From the human T2T-CHM13v2.0 reference genome, Homo sapiens, in the NCBI RefSeq assembly GCF_009914755.1, contig NC_060930.1: 64,000 nt of DNA; one strand, written 5' to 3'. Position 1 is the first letter of the stretch. Every line of letters begins with the position of its first letter. A program made the position numbers and the translations under genes. The notes under the pieces are model-generated. The model was not told the origin of the DNA, ran no database searches, and was given only the letters and a program-made list of their open reading frames with translations. Below, one piece after another: positions 1 through 9,100 of the stretch.

Positions 1-150
1 CTGCATTCAAGTCACAGAGTTGAACATTTCTCTTGATAGAGCAGTTTTGAAACCCTCTTTCTGAAGGATCTGCAAGTGGATATTTGGAACTCCTTTGGGT
101 CTTCGTTGGAAACGGGATTTCTTCGTATAAATCTAGACAGAAGAATTCTC
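1..150 (+). repeat. 3' end of a 15-mer variant HOR (truncated by window edge)
   Basis: The monomer ending ...gggtcttcgttggaaacgggatttcttcgtataaatctagacagaagaattctc runs directly into agaaacttccttgtg, the same fusion seen at 14929 and 20537. Confidence 0.9.
101..117 (+). promoter_or_regulatory. CENP-B box, intact, immediately 5' of the 15-mer junction (equivalents at 14880 and 20488)
   Basis: CTTCGTTGGAAACGGGA, matches core NTTCGNNNNANNCGGGN. Confidence 0.95.
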
Positions 151-440
151 AGAAACTTCCTTGTGATGTGTGCATTCAACTCAGCGAGTGGCACCTTCCT
201 TTGGATACAGCAGTTTTGAAACACTGTTTTTGTAGTATTTCCAAGCGGATATTTAGAGCGCCTTGAAGCCTATGCTAGAAATGGAAATATCTCCCCATAA
301 AACCAAGACGGAAGCAATCTCAGAAACTAATGTGTGATGGCTGCATTCCACACACACGGTGGACCATTTCTCTTGATAGAGCAGTTTTGAAACACTCTTT
401 CTGTAGAATCTGCAAGTGGATAATTGGACCTCCTAGAGGC

Positions 441-457
441 CTTCGTTGGAAACGGGA
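441..457 (+). promoter_or_regulatory. CENP-B box, intact (recurs in each HOR; mutated at 15220 and 20828)
   Basis: CTTCGTTGGAAACGGGA. Confidence 0.95.
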
Positions 458-779
458 TTTCTTCATCTAAACCTACAGAGAAGTATTCTCAGTAACTTCT
501 TCGGATGTGTGCATTCGACGCACAGAATGGAACATTCCCTTTGATAGAGCAGTTTTGAGACACCGTTTTTGTAGAATTCCCAAGTGGATATTTAGAGCAC
601 TTTGAAGTCTCTGCTAGAAAAGGAAACATCATCATGTAAAAAGTAGATAGAATCGTTCTCAGAAAGTGCTTAGTGTCGTGTGCGTTCAACTCACAGAGTT
701 TAACGTTTCTTTTGATAGAGCGTTTCTGAAACACCCTTCTTGTAGTAGCTGCAAGTGGATATTTGGACCTATTGGAGGC

Positions 780-796
780 CTTCTTTGGAAACGGGA
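780..796 (+). promoter_or_regulatory. Degenerate CENP-B box, predicted non-binding
   Basis: CTTCTTTGGAAACGGGA here; CTTCTTTGGAAATGGGA in most other units. The TTCG core is broken. Confidence 0.85.
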
Positions 797-1289
797 TTTC
801 TTCATGTAACTCTAGATTGAAGAATTCTCAGAAACTCCTTTGTGATGTGTGCATTCAATTCAAAGAGTGAAACCTCTCTTTTCACAGAGCAGTTTTGAAA
901 CACTGTTTTTGTAGGATTTCCAAGGGGATATTTATAGCGCATTGAGCCTACGGCGGAAAAAGAAACATCTTCCTATAAAAACTAGACAGAATACTTCTCA
1001 GAATCTGCTTTGCGATGTGTGCGTTCAACTCACAGAGTAAAACTTTTCTTTTGATAGAGCAGTTTTGAAACACTCTTTTTGTAGTATTTGCATGTGTATA
1101 TTTAGAGCGCATTGAAGCCCACAGTAGAAAAGGAAATAACTTCACCTAAAACCTAGACAGAAGCAATCTCAGAAACTACTTTGTGATGTGTACATTCAAC
1201 TCACAGAGTGGAACTTTCCTCTTTATAGAGCAGTGTTGAAACACTCTTTTTGTAGAAACTGCAAGTGGATATTTGGACCTCTTTGAGGC

Positions 1290-1306
1290 CTTCGTTGGAA
1301 ACGGGA
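1290..1306 (+). promoter_or_regulatory. CENP-B box, intact (recurs in each HOR)
   Basis: CTTCGTTGGAAACGGGA. Confidence 0.95.
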
Positions 1307-1629
1307 TTTCTTCCTATAACCCTAGACAGAAGAATTTTCAGAAACCTCATTGTGATGTGTGCGTTCATCTCACAGAGTGGAGTCTTCCGTTTGATAGAGA
1401 AGTTTTGAAACCCTGTTCTTGTAGGATTTCCAAGTGGATATTTAGACCACTTTGAAGCCTATGATAGAAAAGGAAACATCTTCATGGAAAACATAGATAG
1501 AATCATCCTCAGAAACAACTTTGTGATGTGTGCGTTGAACTCACCGTCTTTAACCTTTCTTTTGGTAGAGAAGTTTTGAAACACTCTCTTTGTAAAGTCT
1601 ACAAGTGGATATTTTGAGCCCTTGGAGGC

Positions 1630-1646
1630 ATTCTTTGGAAAAGGGA
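1630..1646 (+). promoter_or_regulatory. Degenerate CENP-B box, predicted non-binding
   Basis: ATTCTTTGGAAAAGGGA at the box position; both CpGs lost. Confidence 0.8.
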
Positions 1647-1800
1647 ATGTCTTCACATAAAAGGCAGACGGAAGTGTTCTCAGAAACTGCTTTGTGATGT
1701 CTGTGTTCAACTCACAGAGTTTAACATTTCCTTTGATAGAGCGGTTTAGTAACCCTCTCTTTGTAGAATTTGGAAGTGTATACTAAGAGCGCTTTGAGGC

Positions 1801-1817
1801 CTATGGTAGAAAAGGAA
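1801..1817 (+). promoter_or_regulatory. pJalpha-like (A-box) motif of an A-type monomer, representative copy
   Basis: CTATGGTAGAAAAGGAA at the position equivalent to the CENP-B box in the alternating monomers. Confidence 0.7.
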
Positions 1818-1971
1818 ATATCTTTCCATAAAAGCTAGACAGAAGCAATCTCAGAAACTCCTTTGTGATGTCTGCATTCAACTCACCGAGTGGAACATTC
1901 CTCTTGAGAGAGCAGTTTGGAAACACTCTTTCTGTAGAATCAGCTTGTTTGTATTTGGACCTCCTTGAGGC

Positions 1972-1988
1972 CTTCGTTGGAAACGGGT
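1972..1988 (+). promoter_or_regulatory. CENP-B box, core intact (recurs in each HOR)
   Basis: CTTCGTTGGAAACGGGT; only the non-core last base differs. Confidence 0.9.
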
Positions 1989-2311
1989 TTTCATCTTATA
2001 AACCCAGACAGAAGAATTCTCAGAGTCTTCTTTGTGATGTGTGCTTTCAACTCACCGAGATAAAGATTTCTCTTGATAGAGCAATTTGGAAACACTCTTT
2101 TTGTAGAATTTGCAAGGGTACATTGAGAGCGCTTTCAGGCCTATGGTAGAAAAGGGAATATCTTTCCATAAAAGGTAGACAGAAGCAATCTCAGAAACTA
2201 CTTTGTGATGTGTGCATTCAACTCACCGAGTGCAACGTTCCTCTTGACCGAGCAGTTTGGAAACATTGTTTCTGTAGAATCTGCAAGTGGATATTTGGAC
2301 CTCTTTGAGGC

Positions 2312-2328
2312 CTTCGTTGGAAACGGGA
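2312..2328 (+). promoter_or_regulatory. CENP-B box, intact (recurs in each HOR)
   Basis: CTTCGTTGGAAACGGGA. Confidence 0.95.
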
Positions 2329-2400
2329 TTTCTTCCTATAAACCCAGACAGAAGAATTCTCAGAGACTTCTTTGTGATGTGTGAATTCAACTCACAGTGT

Positions 2401-2406
2401 GGATCC
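2401..2406. other. BamHI site, one per HOR (landmark)
   Basis: GGATCC at 2401, 5458, ..., 14629, 17180, 20237, 22788; predicts 3057-bp and 2551-bp fragments. Confidence 0.9.
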
Positions 2407-2651
2407 TTCCTTTTGATAGAGCAGTTTTGAAACCCTGTTTTTGTAGTATTTCCAAGCGGATATTTGGAACGCCTTGAAGCGTATGGTAGAAAAGGAAATA
2501 TCTTCCCATAAAACCTAGACAGAACCAATCTCAGAAACGACTTTGTGATGTCTGCATTCAAGTCACAGAGTTGAACATTTCTCTTGATAGAGCAGTTTTG
2601 AAACCCTCTTTCTGAAGGATCTGCAAGTGGATATTTGGAACTCCTTTGGGT

Positions 2652-2668
2652 CTTCGTTGGAAACGGGA
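2652..2668 (+). promoter_or_regulatory. CENP-B box, intact (mutated in the copies at 32210 and 41381)
   Basis: CTTCGTTGGAAACGGGA. Confidence 0.95.
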
Positions 2669-2988
2669 TTTCTTCGTATAAATCTAGACAGAAGAATTCT
2701 CCGAAACTTCTTTGGTTGTGTGCATTCAAGTCACAGAGTGGAACCTTCCTTTGGATAGAGCAGTTTGAAACGCCGTGGTTGTAGTATTTCCAAGCGGATA
2801 TTAGAGCGCCTTGAGGCCTATGGTAGAAAAGGAAATATCTTCCCATAAAACCTAGACGGAAGCAATCTCAGAAACTACTGTGTGATGGCTGCATTCCACA
2901 CACACGGTGGAACATTTCTCTTGATAGAGCAGTTTTGAAACACTCTTTCTGTAGAATCTGCAAGTGGATAATTGGACCGCCTTGAGGC

Positions 2989-3005
2989 CTTCGTTGGAAA
3001 CGGGA
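2989..3005 (+). promoter_or_regulatory. CENP-B box, intact (absent from 15-mers)
   Basis: CTTCGTTGGAAACGGGA. Confidence 0.95.
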
Positions 3006-3157
3006 TTTCTTCATGTTACTCTAGATAGAAGAATTCTCAAACACTGCTATGTGATGTTTGCATTCAAGTCACAGAGTGCAACATTCCTCTTGGTAGAGCA
3101 GTTGGGAAACACTCCTTTTGTAGAATCTGCAATGGGATATTTGGACTTCTTTGAGGC

Positions 3158-3174
3158 CTTCGTTGGAAACGGGA
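3158..3174 (+). promoter_or_regulatory. CENP-B box, intact, only 169 bp after the previous box (absent from 15-mers)
   Basis: CTTCGTTGGAAACGGGA. Confidence 0.95.
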
Positions 3175-6100
3175 TTTCTTCGTATGAATCTAGACAGAAG
3201 AATTCTCAGAAACTTCCTTGTGATGTGTGCATTCAACTCAGCGAGTGGCACCTTCCTTTGGATACAGCAGTTTTGAAACACTGTTTTTGTAGTATTTCCA
3301 AGCGGATATTTAGAGCGCCTTGAAGCCTATGCTAGAAATGGAAATATCTCCCCATAAAACCAAGACAGAAGCAATCTCAGAAACTAATGTGTGATGGCTG
3401 CATTCCACACACACGGTGGACCATTTCTCTTGATAGAGCAGTTTTGAAACACTCTTTCTGTAGAATCTGCAAGTGGATAATTGGACCTCCTAGAGGCCTT
3501 CGTTGGAAACGGGATTTCTTCATCTAAACCTACAGAGAAGAATTCTCAGTAACTTCTTCGGATGTGTGCATTCGACGCACAGAATGGAACATTCCCTTTG
3601 ATAGAGCAGTTTTGAGACACCGTTTTTGTAGAATTCCCAAGTGGATATTTAGAGCACTTTGAAGTCTCTGCTAGAAAAGGAAACATCTTCATGTAAAAAG
3701 TAGATAGAATCGTTCTCAGAAAGTGCTTAGTGACGTGTGCGTTCAACTCACAGAGTTTAACGTTTCTTTTGATAGAGCGTTTCTGAAACACCCTTCTTGT
3801 AGTAGCTGCAAGTGGATATTTGGACCTATTGGAGGCCTTCTTTGGAAATGGGATTTCTTCATGTAACTCTAGATTGAAGAGTTCTCAGAAACTCCTTTGT
3901 GATGTGTGCATTCAATTCAAAGAGTGAAACCTCCCTTTTCACAGAGCAGTTTTGAAACACTGTTTTTGTAGGATTTCCAAGGGGATATTTATAGCGCATT
4001 GAGCCTACGGCGGAAAAAGAAACATCTTCCTATAAAAACTAGACAGAATACTTCTCAGAATCTGCTTTGCGATGTGTGCGTTCAACTCACAGAGTAAAAC
4101 TTTTCTTTTGATAGAGCAGTTTTGAAACACTCTTTTTGTAGTATTTGCATGTGTATATTTAGAGCGCATTGAAGCCCACAGTAGAAAAGGAAATAACTTC
4201 ACCTAAAACCTAGACAGAAGCAATCTCAGAAACTACTTTGTGATGTGTACATTCAACTCACAGAGTGGAACTTTCCTCTTTATAGAGCAGTGTTGAAACA
4301 CTCTTTTTGTAGAAACTGCAAGTGGATATTTGGACCTCTTTGAGGCCTTCGTTGGAAACGGGATTTCTTCCTATAACCCTAGACAGAAGAATTTTCAGAA
4401 ACCTCATTGTGATGTGTGCGTTCATCTCACAGAGTGGAGTCTTCCGTTTGATAGAGAAGTTTTGAAACCCTGTTCTTGTAGGATTTCCAAGTGGATATTT
4501 AGACCACTTTGAAGCCTATGATAGAAAAGGAAACATCTTCATGGAAAACATAGATAGAATCATCCTCAGAAACAACTTTGTGATGTGTGCGTTGAACTCA
4601 CCGTCTTTAACCTTTCTTTTGGTAGAGAAGTTTTGAAACACTCTCTTTGTAAAGTCTACAAGTGGATATTTTGAGCCCTTGGAGGCATTCTTTGGAAAAG
4701 GGAATGTCTTCACATAAAAGGCAGACGGAAGTGTTCTCAGAAACTGCTTTGTGATGTCTGTGTTCAACTCACAGAGTTTAACATTTCCTTTGATAGAGCG
4801 GTTTAGTAACCCTCTCTTTGTAGAATTTGGAAGTGTATACTAAGAGCGCTTTGAGGCCTATGGTAGAAAAGGAAATATCTTTCCATAAAAGCTAGACAGA
4901 AGCAATCTCAGAAACTCCTTTGCGATGTCTGCATTCAACTCACCGAGTGGAACATTCCTCTTGAGAGAGCAGTTTGGAAACACTCTTTCTGTAGAATCAG
5001 CTTGTTTGTATTTGGACCTCCTTGAGGCCTTCGTTGGAAACGGGTTTTCATCTTATAAACCCAGACAGAAGAATTCTCAGAGTCTTCTTTGTGATGTGTG
5101 CTTTCAACTCACCGAGATAAAGATTTCTCTTGATAGAGCAATTTGGAAACACTCTTTTTGTAGAATTTGCAAGGGTACATTGAGAGCGCTTTCAGGCCTA
5201 TGGTAGAAAAGGGAATATCTTTCCATAAAAGGTAGACAGAAGCAATCTCAGAAACTACTTTGTGATGTGTGCATTCAACTCACCGAGTGCAACGTTCCTC
5301 TTGACCGAGCAGTTTGGAAACATTGTTTCTGTAGAATCTGCAAGTGGATATTTGGACCTCTTTGAGGCCTTCGTTGGAAACGGGATTTCTTCCTATAAAC
5401 CCAGACAGAAGAATTCTCAGAGACTTCTTTGTGATGTGTGAATTCAACTCACAGTGTGGATCCTTCCTTTTGATAGAGCAGTTTTGAAACCCTGTTTTTG
5501 TAGTATTTCCAAGCGGATATTTGGAACGCCTTGAAGCGTATGGTAGAAAAGGAAATATCTTCCCATAAAACCTAGACAGAACCAATCTCAGAAACGACTT
5601 TGTGATGTCTGCATTCAAGTCACAGAGTTGAACATTTCTCTTGATAGAGCAGTTTTGAAACCCTCTTTCTGAAGGATCTGCAAGTGGATATTTGGAACTC
5701 CTTTGGGTCTTCGTTGGAAACGGGATTTCTTCGTATAAATCTAGACAGAAGAATTCTCCGAAACTTCTTTGGTTGTGTGCATTCAAGTCACAGAGTGGAA
5801 CCTTCCTTTGGATAGAGCAGTTTGAAACGCCGTGGTTGTAGTATTTCCAAGCGGATATTAGAGCGCCTTGAGGCCTATGGTAGAAAAGGAAATATCTTCC
5901 CATAAAACCTAGACGGAAGCAATCTCAGAAACTACTGTGTGATGGCTGCATTCCACACACACGGTGGAACATTTCTCTTGATAGAGCAGTTTTGAAACAC
6001 TCTTTCTGTAGAATCTGCAAGTGGATAATTGGACCGCCTTGAGGCCTTCGTTGGAAACGGGATTTCTTCATGTTACTCTAGATAGAAGAATTCTCAAACA

Positions 6101-9100
6101 CTGCTATGTGATGTTTGCATTCAAGTCACAGAGTGCAACATTCCTCTTGGTAGAGCAGTTGGGAAACACTCCTTTTGTAGAATCTGCAATGGGATATTTG
6201 GACTTCTTTGAGGCCTTCGTTGGAAACGGGATTTCTTCGTATGAATCTAGACAGAAGAATTCTCAGAAACTTCCTTGTGATGTGTGCATTCAACTCAGCG
6301 AGTGGCACCTTCCTTTGGATACAGCAGTTTTGAAACACTGTTTTTGTAGTATTTCCAAGCGGATATTTAGAGCGCCTTGAAGCCTATGCTAGAAATGGAA
6401 ATATCTCCCCATAAAACCAAGACAGAAGCAATCTCAGAAACTAATGTGTGATGGCTGCATTCCACACACACGGTGGACCATTTCTCTTGATAGAGCAGTT
6501 TTGAAACACTCTTTCTGTAGAATCTGCAAGTGGATAATTGGACCTCCTAGAGGCCTTCGTTGGAAACGGGATTTCTTCATCTAAACCTACAGAGAAGAAT
6601 TCTCAGTAACTTCTTCGGATGTGTGCATTCGACGCACAGAATGGAACATTCCCTTTGATAGAGCAGTTTTGAGACACCGTTTTTGTAGAATTCCCAAGTG
6701 GATATTTAGAGCACTTTGAAGTCTCTGCTAGAAAAGGAAACATCTTCATGTAAAAAGTAGATAGAATCGTTCTCAGAAAGTGCTTAGTGACGTGTGCGTT
6801 CAACTCACAGAGTTTAACGTTTCTTTTGATAGAGCGTTTCTGAAACACCCTTCTTGTAGTAGCTGCAAGTGGATATTTGGACCTATTGGAGGCCTTCTTT
6901 GGAAATGGGATTTCTTCATGTAACTCTAGATTGAAGAGTTCTCAGAAACTCCTTTGTGATGTGTGCATTCAATTCAAAGAGTGAAACCTCCCTTTTCACA
7001 GAGCAGTTTTGAAACACTGTTTTTGTAGGATTTCCAAGGGGATATTTATAGCGCATTGAGCCTACGGCGGAAAAAGAAACATCTTCCTATAAAAACTAGA
7101 CAGAATACTTCTCAGAATCTGCTTTGCGATGTGTGCGTTCAACTCACAGAGTAAAACTTTTCTTTTGATAGAGCAGTTTTGAAACACTCTTTTTGTAGTA
7201 TTTGCATGTGTATATTTAGAGCGCATTGAAGCCCACAGTAGAAAAGGAAATAACTTCACCTAAAACCTAGACAGAAGCAATCTCAGAAACTACTTTGTGA
7301 TGTGTACATTCAACTCACAGAGTGGAACTTTCCTCTTTATAGAGCAGTGTTGAAACACTCTTTTTGTAGAAACTGCAAGTGGATATTTGGACCTCTTTGA
7401 GGCCTTCGTTGGAAACGGGATTTCTTCCTATAACCCTAGACAGAAGAATTTTCAGAAACCTCATTGTGATGTGTGCGTTCATCTCACAGAGTGGAGTCTT
7501 CCGTTTGATAGAGAAGTTTTGAAACCCTGTTCTTGTAGGATTTCCAAGTGGATATTTAGACCACTTTGAAGCCTATGATAGAAAAGGAAACATCTTCATG
7601 GAAAACATAGATAGAATCATCCTCAGAAACAACTTTGTGATGTGTGCGTTGAACTCACCGTCTTTAACCTTTCTTTTGGTAGAGAAGTTTTGAAACACTC
7701 TCTTTGTAAAGTCTACAAGTGGATATTTTGAGCCCTTGGAGGCATTCTTTGGAAAAGGGAATGTCTTCACATAAAAGGCAGACGGAAGTGTTCTCAGAAA
7801 CTGCTTTGTGATGTCTGTGTTCAACTCACAGAGTTTAACATTTCCTTTGATAGAGCGGTTTAGTAACCCTCTCTTTGTAGAATTTGGAAGTGTATACTAA
7901 GAGCGCTTTGAGGCCTATGGTAGAAAAGGAAATATCTTTCCATAAAAGCTAGACAGAAGCAATCTCAGAAACTCCTTTGTGATGTCTGCATTCAACTCAC
8001 CGAGTGGAACATTCCTCTTGAGAGAGCAGTTTGGAAACACTCTTTCTGTAGAATCAGCTTGTTTGTATTTGGACCTCCTTGAGGCCTTCGTTGGAAACGG
8101 GTTTTCATCTTATAAACCCAGACAGAAGAATTCTCAGAGTCTTCTTTGTGATGTGTGCTTTCAACTCACCGAGATAAAGATTTCTCTTGATAGAGCAATT
8201 TGGAAACACTCTTTTTGTAGAATTTGCAAGGGTACATTGAGAGCGCTTTCAGGCCTATGGTAGAAAAGGGAATATCTTTCCATAAAAGGTAGACAGAAGC
8301 AATCTCAGAAACTACTTTGTGATGTGTGCATTCAACTCACCGAGTGCAACGTTCCTCTTGACCGAGCAGTTTGGAAACATTGTTTCTGTAGAATCTGCAA
8401 GTGGATATTTGGACCTCTTTGAGGCCTTCGTTGGAAACGGGATTTCTTCCTATAAACCCAGACAGAAGAATTCTCAGAGACTTCTTTGTGATGTGTGAAT
8501 TCAACTCACAGTGTGGATCCTTCCTTTTGATAGAGCAGTTTTGAAACCCTGTTTTTGTAGTATTTCCAAGCGGATATTTGGAACGCCTTGAAGCGTATGG
8601 TAGAAAAGGAAATATCTTCCCATAAAACCTAGACAGAACCAATCTCAGAAACGACTTTGTGATGTCTGCATTCAAGTCACAGAGTTGAACATTTCTCTTG
8701 ATAGAGCAGTTTTGAAACCCTCTTTCTGAAGGATCTGCAAGTGGATATTTGGAACTCCTTTGGGTCTTCGTTGGAAACGGGATTTCTTCGTATAAATCTA
8801 GACAGAAGAATTCTCCGAAACTTCTTTGGTTGTGTGCATTCAAGTCACAGAGTGGAACCTTCCTTTGGATAGAGCAGTTTGAAACGCCGTGGTTGTAGTA
8901 TTTCCAAGCGGATATTAGAGCGCCTTGAGGCCTATGGTAGAAAAGGAAATATCTTCCCATAAAACCTAGACGGAAGCAATCTCAGAAACTACTGTGTGAT
9001 GGCTGCATTCCACACACACGGTGGAACATTTCTCTTGATAGAGCAGTTTTGAAACACTCTTTCTGTAGAATCTGCAAGTGGATAATTGGACCGCCTTGAG

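Noticed and set aside
347-357. Short (CA)n run ccacacacacgg
   Set aside because: Too short to be a microsatellite and invariant among copies; it is just a diagnostic monomer variant.
2223-2846. 207-aa minus-strand ORF repeated in each HOR, plus the other 60-119 aa ORFs
   Set aside because: They are translations of satellite monomers with internally recurring phrases (FQNCSIKR) and no recognisable domain; many begin at non-ATG codons, and copies are truncated freely by an SNV (11477) or the deletion. Their conservation reflects array homogenisation, not coding constraint.
101-3514. CRISPR-like appearance of a conserved 17-bp motif with regular spacing
   Set aside because: The motif is the CENP-B box; the intervening sequences are homologous monomers that repeat exactly every HOR rather than unique spacers, and there are no cas genes.
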